A stretch of 64,000 nt of DNA from Octopus bimaculoides. Lineage: Eukaryota. Both the position numbers and the translations under genes were made by a program. The notes beneath the pieces are model-generated. The model was not told the origin of the DNA. It did no database searches and saw nothing but the letters and a program-made list of their open reading frames with translations. Location of the stretch: the NCBI RefSeq assembly GCF_001194135.2, contig NC_068984.1:103944809-104008808 (forward strand), written 5' to 3'. Of the stretch, positions 1-13,700 are shown in pieces; the first letter of the stretch is position 1, and each line of letters begins with the position of its first letter.

Positions 1-270
1 ATACTGGCTTCATTCCTTGCGAGCTTACGTATGTCCTCAGCAGTTACAGCCCATGTTTCACTGCCATGTAGCATGGTTGTTCGTACGCATGCGTCATACA
101 GTCTGCCTTTTACTCTGAGTGAGAGTCCCTTTGTCGCCAGCAGGGGTAAGAGCTCTCTAAACTTTGCCCAGGCTATTCTTATTCTAGCAGCTACACTTTC
201 AGCGCACCCACCCCCACTACTAACTTGGTCGCCCAGATAGCGGAAGCTATCGACTACCTCTAGTTTTTCA
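1..270 (-). mobile_element. RTE-clade LINE fragment (RT C-terminal part)
   Basis: The reverse complement matches the RTE copies at ~10740-10940 and ~30035-30300 in this window. Confidence 0.85.
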
Positions 271-962
271 CCCTGGAATGAGATAGAAGTTGTTTCCTGT
301 TTGTTTGCAGTCCTGTTTGTTTATATATATATATATATATATAACAACAAATAATATGTATGAAGAAAATCATATCTTTATTTTAGATCATACCTTAAAA
401 ATCCAGCAGTTGTTTCAATTGTATTAACATATACATTTTAATCCCATTTTTTATATATATAAGCATGTTATAGACCATACATTTAGTACAATGTGCGTTT
501 CCTAATTAGCCGCAGGCTTATCAATATACTCACTCAGGTACAGTTAATCATATACATAATCTGAATATCTTACCTGTACTTTAGTGCCCGCATATGTATT
601 CCTTTATTTTGTGTTCACATTTTACTTTTCAATCCAATCCGATGCCTTACCATTTAAGTGCCTGATTCACTTGAATCCTGATCTATTATATGTATATGTA
701 TATATGTGTGTGTTTTGCTTGTTTTGACATCATGTGATGTTCATTTCTAGTTTTCTGTGAAAGACATGTCTGAGCATGGAGAAGTATTACTTTTCTTGAA
801 AACAGGCGAGGATTGGCAACAGGAAGAGCATATGGTCATACAAACACTACTTCAATAAAATTCATCTGTCCCATGCAAACATGGAAAAGTAGATGTTAAA
901 ATGATGGTAATGATACTTGGTAATAAAATGGATTACCTTTTTTTTTCTTCTTCTTTGTGAAG

Positions 963-1037
963 CTGATAGAGAAAAAAGATGTCCCACTTTCGGAACCTGA
1001 AGAATCAAAGAAGGAAGAAATTCTACCTCGGAAAGAT
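963..1037 (+). CDS. PRPF18: PRPF18 exon ([25 protein letters not shown])
   Basis: Pyrimidine tract plus AG acceptor, GTAAGT donor; in frame with the next exon. Confidence 0.85.
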
Positions 1038-1667
1038 GTAAGTATGTGTTTATTTATATATAGCCAGCTCCTGTCAAACCGGCCAACCCATGCCAGCATG
1101 GAAAATGAACATTAAATGATGATGATATTATCTTTTACTTGTTATAGTCATTCAACTGTGGCCATACTGGGGCACTGCCTTGAAGGTTTTTATTTGAACA
1201 AATCAATCCCAGTACTTATCAGTCACTGTAAAGTTATATGGATATAAACAAACCAACACCAACTGTCTTGCTTCCCAACCACATGCTTTTGGGTTCAGTC
1301 CCACTGTTTGGGCACCTTGGTCCAGTTTCTTCTACTATAAAACCCCAGATCAATGAAAGCCTTGTGAGTGGATTTGGTGGACAGAATCTGAAAGAAGCCC
1401 TATGTATGTATTTATGTATGTGTGTGTGTGTATATGTATATGCACACACATATATATGTATGTATATATTTATGTATGATTATCTTTGTCCTCCACCGCA
1501 CTGCTTGACAACTCATGTTGGTTTGTTAACAGTTCAGCAACAGAGACCAATTGAATAAGTACCAAGCTTGAAAATTTGTACCATGGTTGATTTGTTTGAC
1601 TAAGCCCTTCAAAATAGTACCGAAGCATGCCCAGAATCTATTGACTGAAACAAGTAAATGATGTACA

Positions 1668-1713
<46 letters not shown>

Positions 1714-4700
1714 AGAGTAATGTGCAACAAGGTGGAAAAAAGAGTACTCAAATACCAGAGGTAGAGTAATATGCAGCAGAAATATAACAAAAAACTGTTA
1801 CTCGGAGTTTCGCGTTCCCGTTCATGAACAGGAATGTGAAACTCCGAGTAACAGTCTTTTGTTCATGAACAGGAACGTGAAACTCCGAGTAACAGTCTTT
1901 TGTTATATTTCTGCTGCTTTTAAATAAAGTNNNNNNNNNNNNNNNNNNNNNNNNNNNNNNNNNNNNNNNNNNNNNNNNNNNNNNNNNNNNNNNNNNNNNN
2001 NNNNNNNNNNNNNNNNNNNNNNNNNNNNNNNNNNNNNNNNNNNNNNNNNNNNNNNNNNNNNNNNNNNNNNNNNNNNNNNNNNNNNNNNNNNNNNNNNNNN
2101 NNNNNNNNNNNNNNNNNNNNNNNNNNNNNNNNNNNNNNNNNNNNNNNNNNNNNNNNNNNNNNNNNNNNNNNNNNNNNNNNNNNNNNNNNNNNNNNNNNNN
2201 NNNNNNNNNNNNNNNNNNNNNNNNNNNNNNNNNNNNNNNNNNNNNNNNNNNNNNNNNNNNNNNNNNNNNNNNNNNNNNNNNNNNNNNNNNNNNNNNNNNN
2301 NNNNNNNNNNNNNNNNNNNNNNNNNNNNNNNNNNNNNNNNNNNNNNNNNNNNNNNNNNNNNNNNNNNNNNNNNAATCTTTTTTTGATTTTAAATTTTGAA
2401 AACATTTTTTAACCAGATGTCTGCTAATATAATCTAAAAATATCTTTGGTAAAAACAAACTAAATATAATTCTTTTATGGTTAATCACCTGATATAGTGG
2501 CAATAATTCTGTTAAATTTTTATCAACATTTTTTAATGCAGATAGTTTTGTTTGATTATTGTCTTAAGCTGATATAATTAGCAAATAACAAAAGGAATTT
2601 TCTCATACTGATATCATTAGGCAATTCATCTTTGTATATTATCTAAAGTTTTTTTTTTTTCTATTTACATTAAATCTTAATTTTATTTAAAGGTTATCCG
2701 AAGGTTACGTGACAGAGGAGAACCAATTCTTCTGTTTGGGGAAACAGAACTTGAAGCTTACCAAAGACTAAAACGGCATGAAACTTTGGAACCTGATGTA
2801 AACAAAGTAAATATAGAAGGCATTCATCTTGTTTTATTTATTCCTCATTTTGTATTTAAACCAACCATATCTGGTTCAGATATTTTTGAACCCTACAAAG
2901 GAGATGACAGATACTGAGATATGTGGCACATTGCAAGAAGATCTGCCTACCACAACAGAATTGAGATCTAAAACCAAGGTGCCATGTAAAAAGTATTGGT
3001 GTGGGTGTGGGTGCTGGTGCCATGTAAAAAGCACCCAGTACATTCTGTAAAGTGGTTGATGTTAGGAAGGTATCCAGCTGTAGAAATCGAGCGAAAACAG
3101 ACTATAGAATCTGGTGCTGCTCCTGGCCTTGCCACTACCTGTCAAGCTGTCTAACCCATGCCAGCATGGAAAACAGACATTAAATAAATGTTGATGATAG
3201 TGATGTTCAAACTGGCCAGATGTAGCCTTTTTACACATACCCTACAATGTCATTCTAAAAAAAATAAACAATCGCATCATTAAAATCCAATGCTATAAGA
3301 TAATGCATGATTGATTTAAAACAATATGAACAAATAAGCATTACATTTGGCAGATTAATCTGAATGCTAAAGGGTTATCATTGTCTGGATGTTTTAAATA
3401 ACTTGGAGAAAGTTGGGGAGGTTAATTCTTGTTGACTCATTTCAGGGGACTCCATGACTGGGAAGAGAAAGTTAGACAAGAAGCCTGGCTTAATTACTTG
3501 CCACAGTGTAGACTCTACTGATAGTACCCATGGGCTGGATGTTCATTGTTTTAAACCAGGCAATGAGTCTGCATTCTTCAATTTTTTTTTAATGTAAAAT
3601 CTTGGGCATGGCTTATAACAGTGTGTAACACGATTTTTGTCCTTGGATAGCAACTGTTATTTCATATTTGCTTACCCACAGAAAGTATGAAAAATGGCTA
3701 ATATTTCCTTCAAATTTTGCTCTTGTTATATTTATTCAAACCCTTCAAAATCCCACTACTCCTGCTCATGATCAGAGATGCACATATTGTCAGTCAGCTC
3801 AAGTAGTTATGGTCAAGCAACTGACAAGCAAATTTGTGGTATTGAGCAGAAAATTTGCTATAACAATATTTATGCTTCAGCAACTCAGTGCTGAATCTGT
3901 GTGAAATGTAATGCAAAATACGTCAATTTCGAAGCATTGATGTCCAGGTCACAAAACCAAAGTTTGAAGAGAATAGTAGTCATTTCCTTTCATTTCTAGA
4001 CAGAAGCAAATGGAAAATAACACTGATCAAAAACAAAAAAATAAAAGTTTGTTACAGTGGAACCTGTTTGTTGTTCATATCATATAAAGAGTTAAAACTG
4101 GTAAACTTGATCTCAGTGCAAGTGGGTTTGTACTAAAGTTTTATCTATAACCTTCTTTTCATTGTAATCCTTTAGTTAATTACAGTAGTTTTTTTAGGAG
4201 TAGATGCCCATGGGGACTCTTGTTTACTGACAAATTTGTTCTCATTGTAAAATAATTACACAACAAAAGAAATGTCAAATTTTGAAGAGTTGAAAGTTAA
4301 AATGATTGAAAGACAACTAAATAGCCACCTAAAACAACAATATGAAAGAAAAGGAAAATAAAGAATACTAACAATGCAGGAAGTTTTCTAAAAAAAAGAC
4401 CTTTATATTTTGGGTGCAAAGGCCTGTCTTCAGAAGAAAGCCATCCAAGAAATGTGCAGTTACATTGATTTTATTATTTTAACCCTTTAACATTCAGATT
4501 ACTCTGTCAAATGTAATGTTTATTTATTCACATTGCTTTAAATTAGTCATGTACTATCTTGTAGCTTTTAGACTTTGATGATCTGTGAGTTAGTTCTTGG
4601 ACTGACATTGTAGTAGTGTAGGTATGAGAGATTGGATCTGGCCAGTCTGAACATAAAACAGGTAGGATATTTTGGCTGGATATGGCCGGTTTAAATGCTA

Positions 4701-7700
4701 AAGGGTTAAATTGCTCTGGTGTTTGGGTTAGAAGCAGCAGCAACTTTCCAGCTGTTGGTCGTGATTGTTGTGAAATATTTTGTGGTGGTAGAACATGGTG
4801 TTGGTAGCTATGTTATGATGGTTGTAGTCACCATGATAGGATCCACTGACCCATCTCTGATCAACTAAATCATGGTGGAAAAAATGCCAGGTCATACTTG
4901 TGAGTGATGGCTAAACTAAGCCATAATGGCATGTTCAACAATATGAAAAACCATAATATGCAGACACTGGAGCTCAGCATAGTCCACCTGACATGTTGGA
5001 TCCTGTCAAACTGTCAGTGTGATGATGATGAGTGTAGATGTAAATATTTAAAAAATGTTTTGTCTCTAATAGTGGCAGTTAGTAAGTAATGTGAAAATTT
5101 ATTTAATCAACAACAATTCATGTAAGAAATTTATTTTTGTTTTTGACTTTGTTACTATTTAAAAAAAAATTTCATTGTCAGGGTCAAGGAGGTCAGAATG
5201 ACTTCAAAGCTGCTTTGGACAAAGTTGATCAAGAATATTTAAATGAGTTAATTAAAACTACAGATGGAGCTGCCAAGTCCAATGATGTTGCTTTTAAAGA
5301 TGATGGGACCACATTAGAAGATATTGAGGTAAATAAGTTTACAGATGACAGTGTCTACAAGCAATGATGTTTACAAGCAACAGTGTTTACAAACAATAGT
5401 GTTTAAAGAGAGATGCTAGTCTTTACAGACAATGGTCTTTATGGATAGATGGTAGTGTTTAAAGATGATATCAAAAGGAGCAGTCATATGAGAGTGATTT
5501 TGTTTTCTTCAGTATCACTGTTTATTTTGAATATTAAGAGGAAACAGAAATGTATCCTTTCTAGAAGTTAGGATAAAGTTTTCTTGTTAGATGCTCTATT
5601 AATCAATAGCTATTGTGAAACAATGGCCTGAGTTTTCCAAATACAAATACTTCAGATTATTATTTACAATGGACAGATAGGTGTCCTCACCTTGTTTGTT
5701 GTTATCACAACATTTCAGCTGATGTACTCTCCAGCCTTCATCAGGTGTTCTGGTGGAATTTCGAACCCTAATGGGGTATACTGTTCTCACTCCTAAGGTA
5801 TATTACTGATGTTATTTTTCTCTTGATATTGTTTTTCAAGTCCCTGCATGAGATTGAATATAGAATCCGAGAGTTAGTAGCCCGCTCCCTTATCCACTAT
5901 GCTATATGCCTGTGGACAATTATAGAGTGAATTTCAGGGCATATAAACCTAGTATTTTATCCTTTCTTAATACTAGTTCCCATATTACATTCATATCTGC
6001 ACTAGGTCTGCTTAGGAGGTTATTGTGTCCTAGCATATGTGTAGCTTCTTTTAATTTTTGTGTATTTTCCAGTGGTGTTCTCTGTCAATTATTTTAACTT
6101 CATCCCACAACAGGAGGTGGTCTCCGTTTTTCCATACCTGATTGGCTATACCTGATTTTTCAACATCCCCTCTTGTCACAGCTCTATGATGTTCCTCTAC
6201 CCTTACTTTAAGTGGGCAGCATGTTTTGCCTTTGTATAACCTACCACTACTGCATGGGATAGATTACACACAGTTTTTGGTCACATTCTCTTCTATGGGT
6301 GGTTTTACTCAGAGAAGATATTTGTGAAGTGTTCTGATGTCATATGGACTGCATATCTTTTGTATCTTTTACGAGAGGCCTTTGACATAGGGTAGACAGA
6401 CTGTGGTCAGTTTATGGGTTTCATCCTCTCTCCTCTTCCTCATCGGAGTGGATAGTATGTTCTTTGGGTAGTTGTTGCATAGCAGATTGTTTCTTAGCCT
6501 GATCATTTCTTCCTGGTGTGTATCAGAATCACTACTTATAGTCTTTACTCAATGTTTTATGCACTGAGCAATCCTTCTCTTTATACTGTATGGATGGTAG
6601 GAATTGAAGTTGAGGTATTGTCCAGTGAAGGTTGGCTTACAGTATACGGATGTCCTGAATAATATCAACGGAAAAATAACATCAGCAATATACCTTAGGA
6701 ATGAGAACAGTGTACCCCATTAGTCAAATAAAGGGTTGGGTTCGAAATTCCCCCAGAACACCTGATGAAGGCTGGAGAGTACATCAGCCAAAATGTTGTG
6801 ATAACAATAAACAAGGTCCATTGTAAATAACATACATAATTCCTCACCTTAAAAATATAGAATAAATACTTCAGAATTTGTTTCTCAAGACTCAAAAATC
6901 TATTGCATTAATTTTATTTTAGAATGTTTTCTCTCTTGCCTTCCTATTTAAATGGGATGACGTTAAACGATGATGATGAGTGCATAAGCAACTTTTAAAC
7001 AAAAAAGTAAAAGAGGGCGAAAGATGAGGTGGAAATAATGTGGGAAAGGGAGAGACAAAAAGTGGAATGACGATAAGTGGATAGGAAAAACTGTATGGTT
7101 TGTTATCTGAGCAAAATGAGTTTGAGGCAAGTTAAACACAACTGAATGAAAACCTCAGTATCAAATCTGCTGGATGGAACATACAAGGTAGACTAATGCA
7201 TTAATAGTCATGATTTGATTGAATTACTGTGAATTTATGACAAACTGTGTCTTCCAATTGTAAATATTTCAAAGATAATTTTCTTTCTTCTTATTTTATT
7301 TCACTTTATAAAATGAGTTAATTGATTTTGTGAAATTTTCTAAAACTATTTCATTTATTTCAGAAAATGAAAAAAGAGCTTGGACAGATTAACCGTGATT
7401 GGGATCAAGAAATTGTTTTGCGATTTCTCAAAGTAAGATTACCATGATATTTTTAAGATGTATTACAACTAGACTAGCAAAGATAAAACTACATTCTTCC
7501 TAGTCCTGTATAATACACAGTTAAAACTTTCAGAATCACTACAGATGCTAGGCCTCTTAACCTCTGATCTTTCATGGCCTCATTTATATAGCATTGTTAA
7601 ACTGCATTTTAAAGACTGCACTGTCTCTTCAGAAGTAGAAAGTGCTTCATCTCTAATCAGTTGCTGATCTTCTACAAATCCCAAATAATACTGCTCACAT

Positions 7701-10700
7701 ATTTGGAATAACATAGCTGCTACATATACACACTTTGAGACCACATCTGCACCAAAATATGGTCATTTCAATGATTGGTAAAGATTTGCTCACAAACACA
7801 CTGCAACCATTATTATACAGATTTTTCTCTGTCTCTTTTATTACTGCAGTGGCTTTTCCTTTAGACTATCCAACTGTTGTACCTACTTCCTCTCTACTTT
7901 GTCCCCTCCCATCTTATAACAAGCCCTTTCTCAGTCCTTATTCAGGACTGTAGTAGCCCTCTTACTCACTGTCTGTGTTTTTCTCTGTTTGGATTAATAA
8001 CTTAGTTCAATTGATGCTTGACTTCACCAGTGCTAGAGGCTCTGCAAAAAGCCTTAGCACTGCCTATAATAAAAATTAACACAAGGTTATTGTCTTTACT
8101 TTCATGTATTATAGGCACAGGCATGACTGAGCAGTTCACTTTCAGTCATCTGGTTTTGGACTCACTCCTACTGTATGACACTGTGGGTTGGCTATTGCCT
8201 TGTGAGCAAATTTCGTAGAAGAAACTGTAGGAAGTATTGTGTGTGTATGTATATATATATATATATATATAGTAGTTCGGCAAAAGAAACCAATATATAT
8301 GTGTGTATATATATCAGTTCGGCAAAAGAGACTGTTAGAATAAGTACTAGGTTTACAAAGAATAAGTCCTGGGGTTGATTTCTTTGACTACAAAACCCTT
8401 TAAAGCAGTGCTCCAGCATGGCTGCAGTCAAATGACTGAAATGAGTAAAAGAATATGTCTGGTGTGTGTGACATCAGGAAGGGCATCCGGCCATAGAAAT
8501 CATACCAAATCAGATTGGAACCTGGTGCAGCTTTCCAACTTACCAGTTTCAGTCTAATGTCTAACCCATGCCAACAAGGAAAGCAGATGCTAAATGATGA
8601 TGATATGTGTGTGTGTGTGAATATTGATATCCCCCAACTTCACTAATCACTACCAGTGATATGATGTTTACATTCTTTGTTGACATTACAATCAATCACT
8701 CTGAGCCTTTGAAGACCTGTAGAAGTAAAAAAAATATGCCTTGAAAAACAGATATGGGTTGGCATTAGAAAGAACATCTGGCCAGAGTAATTTCTCAAAA
8801 AGGGATATACTTTTCTGCGATTATAGTTTTCTAAAGAGTTATCTTTTTTACTGTGTTACAAGTATTTTAAAGCTTTTCTGTGTGTGCATGTGAATTTTAT
8901 AAACTAGTAAATGAGCTTTCTCTGCAATAGCAAACTAATGAATTCTACTTCTTTATTTCAGTATATCCTAAAGCTATGGGGTGAGGAATTAAATAGTCGT
9001 ACTGAAGATCAAAAACGAACTATGAAAGGCAAAATGGGCAGTGCTACTCATACACAAACTGTTGCATACTTAAAACCTTTGTTTCGAAAACTCAAACAGA
9101 AAGTAAGAAAAAAAATTCAACTTTCTAGCATTTTTTATTTATTTTCAATTTTCCAAACCAAATGACATATTATTCTTAACCAAAAGATAATGTCTTAATC
9201 TAATTGCTTTAATATTTATTTGGAAATTTTGTCATCAAGATTATTTTGACATGTGACACTGTAAAATGCTTAGAATTCCTAATTTGCAGCACCAAATATC
9301 CAACAAATGGAAAATGAAACTTGTACAAATGGAAGTTAACAACTTAAATGTTTCCAAGTGAATTAAAATTGTTTAAACCTTCTTTTAAAAAAGATTTATT
9401 TCAAAACTGCTCATCATGTTTGATTGAGTTGGTTAAATTTTTAGGAAGTAAGTTCTCAATTGTGGATATTTTTTTTCATATTATATTTTACTTGTTGCAA
9501 CCTTTTCTGCAAGATAATCTTTTTAAGAAACAGTATCTTCTTAAATGGTTTTTGATTTTTTTGTAATTTACTCTTTGTTTTCATTTTTTCACAGAAAGTG
9601 GAGGAAGACATTCTGGAAAGCATGGTAGAGATTGTGAAATATATTATGAACAGAGATTATATAAAGGTAAGCCATTCACAGTATAAACTAATTGTGAACC
9701 ACATCTTCAACCTTCAGTGATAATTAGTTGTGGACCAACTTGCAAGCTATTATGTTACTTGTTTAATTTTAGATCTTAAGTGGGGGATTCCCTTGACATC
9801 ATGCCAAATGTAATACTATTTTGACCTCTTAAAACATTCATAAATACTGTATGATAGCAGATTTCCAGAAGTTTTGGTGTCACTTCCTATCTTGTACCAT
9901 TATTATATATTCTGCACACCAATATACAGGTATCAAGTTATTGGATCAGCTAATGAAAGTCATGGAGAGGGTCATAGCCCAACTAATTAGGGAGAGAGTC
10001 AGTCTAGATGAGATGCAGTTCGGGTTTGTGTCAGGGAAAAGCACCACTGGTAAGACAGCTGCAGAAATACCTAGCCAAAGACAAACCTCTATACCTGACT
10101 TTCGTTGACATAGAGAAAGCCTTTGACAGGGTCCCCCGATTCCTTATCTGGCAGTCAATGCAGAAACTAGGGATAGATGAGTGATTAGTGAGAGCTGTGC
10201 AAGCCATGTACAGGGATGCTGTCAGTAAGGTGAGGGTTGGCAACGAGTACAGTGAAGAATTCCAGATAGGAGTAGGGGTCCACCAAGGATCAGTCCTCAG
10301 CTCCCTCTTATTCATCATAGTCCTTCAGGCAATAACAGAGGAATTCAAGACAGGATGCCCCTGGGAGCTTCTCTATGCTGATGACCTTGCTCTAATAGCT
10401 GAGTCACTATCAGAACTAGAGAAGTTTCAAGTGTGAAAGCAAGGTCTAGAATTGAAGGGCCTTAAAGTCAATCTAGTAAGAACCAAAGTCTTAATAAGTA
10501 GGAAAGCAGACAAACCACAAATCCCTTCAGGTAGATGGCCCTGCTCAATCTGTAAAAAAAGCGTAGGTAGAAACTCCATAAGATGTACCCAGTGTAAGCT
10601 ATGGACACATAAGAGGTGCGGCAATATCAAAGGAAGACTAACTGAGAAGATAGTTTTTGTGTGGCAAATGCTCAGGGGCAATAAAAACTGAAAATGTGAA

Positions 10701-13700
10701 GAAAACAGCTTCCATTATATTCCAAGGGAAAAAATTAGAAATAGTTGATAGCTTCCATTACCTCGGTGACCAAGTCAGTAGCAGGGGTTGTTGCTCTGAG
10801 AGTGTAGCTGCTAGAATAAGAATAGCCTGGGCAAAGTTCAAAGGGCCTCTCGCTCAGAGTAAAAGGTAGACAATGACGCATGTGTGCGAACAGCCATGAG
10901 AGCAGGCGTAAGCTTGCAAGGAATGAAGCTAGTATGCTCTGCTGGATGTGTAACGTCAGTGTGCATACACAACAGAGTGAGAAAAGTTGGACATAAGAAG
11001 CATCAGATGTGGTGTGCAAGAGAGATGACTGCACTGGTATGGTCATGTGTTGTATGTGGATGAGGACAGCTGTGTGAAAAAGTGTCACACCCTAGCAGTA
11101 GAGGGATCCTATGGAAGAGGAAGACCTGGGATGAGGTGTTGAAACATGACCTTTGGAGATATGCTGTCCTTGAGAAGACCTGGCAAGCCAAGTGAGACTG
11201 TAACTGTGACCTATGCTAGTGTAGCATAACCAGCCCATTTAAGAGTACTCTTCAATCATTGGGCAATAAACTGCGCTTGCGAAGACCAGTTGAGGCAAGT
11301 GAAGTCATCATGGCTGATGACGGTACGGCCTGATTGGCACGTAAAAAGCACCATTCGAGTGTGATCATTGCCAGTGCTGCCCGACTGGCTCCCATACTGG
11401 TGGCATGTGAAAAGCACCATCCAAGTGTGGCCAATGCCAGTACCGCCTGACTGACTCTCATGCCGGTGGCATGTAAAAAACACCCATTACACTCAGAGTG
11501 GTTGGCATTAAGAAAGGCATCCAGCTGTAGAAACATTGCCAGATCAGATTGGAGCCTGGTGCAGCTTTCTAGCTTGCCAACCCTCAATGAAACCGTCCAA
11601 CCCATGCCAGCATGAAAAACGGACGTTAAAAGACAATGATGATAATAACTGTTTTTCTTGATAGTCTTTAAAATTGCCAGTTATTATTGTGCTTCTCACA
11701 GTTTCTAAAAACTGGTTTGATTTTCTTTTAAGGTCTTTCTTTCAGGTCAGAGGCTTGAAAAAGAGAAAAATCTTTTGCAGGATATGAGCAGTGCCTAACA
11801 AGTAGTTTTTTTTCGTGTAATGCCAATATCATATTTCATCTAAGTTGGTCAAAGAATTGTGGCAGTTTTTTGGGGATGGACCTCATTGCAGCTACTACTA
11901 CAAGAATAGCTTTAATAGTGGTACTCCATCTTCGACTTTGCGTAGTTGGGAATTATTTCAACTTCTTTAATTACTACATTATGGTCACCTAGGACAGCTA
12001 ATCAATAATGACAGTTTTGTGACTATTTGACCATTAATACAATGTCCAACTGTTTATGTCCATTATTATTACTATTAAGGCAGTAAACTGACATAATCAT
12101 TAGCATACCGGACAAAATTCTTAGCAGCATTTCAACCACCTTTACATTCTGAGTTACAATTACACTGAGGTTGACTTTGCTTTTCATAAAATAAGTACCA
12201 GTTGAGTACTGGGGGTCGATGTAATCAACAAACCCCTCTCCCAAGATTTCAGGCCTTATGCCTATAGAAAGGATTATTATTATTAAAGAATAAAAGTTTA
12301 GAATGGTACAACAATGCATTATAAAACAAGAAATGGACTATATACCTGTTGTAATTTGGTTATCTATAGTCCGATGATATTTCTTCAGAGACTCCAGCTA
12401 AGAAGATCTGAAGAAGGAATTGTAATTCCGAAATATCATCGGACTATAGATAACCAAATTACAACAGATATATAGTCCATTTCTTGTTTTATAGTGCATT
12501 GTTGTACTATTCTTTACAAACAATACACAATGCTTCAAGCGAGCTACAATACTCTCCTATTATTATTATTATTATTATATGGAGTAATGATGATGATATT
12601 CCTGTCATTAGTTTTCAAAGTTAACTGTACAAAAGCCAGATAGATGAGCAAAATTGGTCAGCTCTAAGATCATGGCTGTTACAAGTAAATATTTCCTTTA
12701 AAAAATCATGACTATAGAAGAAATTATAGATTTATCACAAAATTTCCAGTCGTCAACCACATGGTTGCAAAGCAAACTTCTTGACTCCACAACCATACCT
12801 GTTCCTAATGCAATAGCTTTAAAATCTAAATAGTACTATTCTTCTTTACCAGTAATGTAGACAGCTGGAGTAGTTTAAGATAATATATAGTGTCAGTACT
12901 GCTGAAAAACCTTAATCATCATTTAGCTGCTATATGAAATAGTTCCTTTTCTGTTCTGCAATCTGAATTAAAGATTCATAAAATGAGGATTAACCCATTA
13001 GCATTTAAACTGGCCATATCAGGCCCCAGATATTCTACCTGTTTTATGTTCAAACTGACCAGATCCAAACTCTTACGCCAATCCTACAATGTCGTTCTAA
13101 AACAAACAATTACATCATCAAAATCTTGAAGCTGCAAGATAATGCATCAGTAACTGAAAAAGAATATGAATAAATAAGCATTACATTCAACAGAGTAATT
13201 TGAATGCTAAAGAGTTAAGCCCGGCAAATCAATTCAGTTTTTTGACTAACTGTTAATTAAACAGAAAACATTGAAGAGTAACATTTTAATTTTCCATACA
13301 TGACATCTAGAAACACATGAATGAAAGGATGTAAAGAGTTTCCATGTATGGTTAAAACTCATTCGTTGTGTCAACCATTCACAAAATTAAAACAATAACA
13401 TTTTCTTTTCAATCCTTTGAATAATCACTTTCTTACATCTTTTTCAGCAATCTTGAGGTGGAAGTAAAAATGATAACATAATTAACTAGAAACACACTGA
13501 GCATAATTGGTTAAAATATAGATATGTACAATTATATTAGGAATGCTTTTTTGATCATTGTTGTTTAGTAATTAATTCCAGTTTGACAAAGCTTTGCACA
13601 CATCAGTAAATTTATTATTTACTTTTTAAATATAAAAATGGTAGTTCTTAGTGGGATATGAACAACAGATTCAGTGTCCATAACTTATGCAGGTGACCTA

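Larger units (their letters stand above)
5657..6863 (-). mobile_element. 5'-truncated Penelope-like element with inverted pLTR copy and 12-bp TSD
   Basis: The minus strand encodes a decayed RT thumb ([21 protein letters not shown]) and a GIY-YIG region ([25 protein letters not shown]). 5657-5830 is inverted at 6654-6863. AAATACTTCAGA is repeated at 5645-5656 and 6864-6875. Confidence 0.88.

Noticed and set aside
1748-2503. Long ORFs spanning N-runs (also 20915-21225, 24412-24867, 39690-40688)
   Set aside because: They are open only because N codons translate as X; no coding evidence.
5182-5196. Possible in-frame alternative acceptor 15 nt into the PRPF18 exon (GGTCAG|AATGAC)
   Set aside because: No pyrimidine tract for the distal AG; no evidence without transcripts.
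5340-5470. Degenerate ~16-bp repeats just after a PRPF18 donor, extending ORF 5137..5367
   Set aside because: Intronic low-complexity sequence; the exon ends at the GT at 5329.
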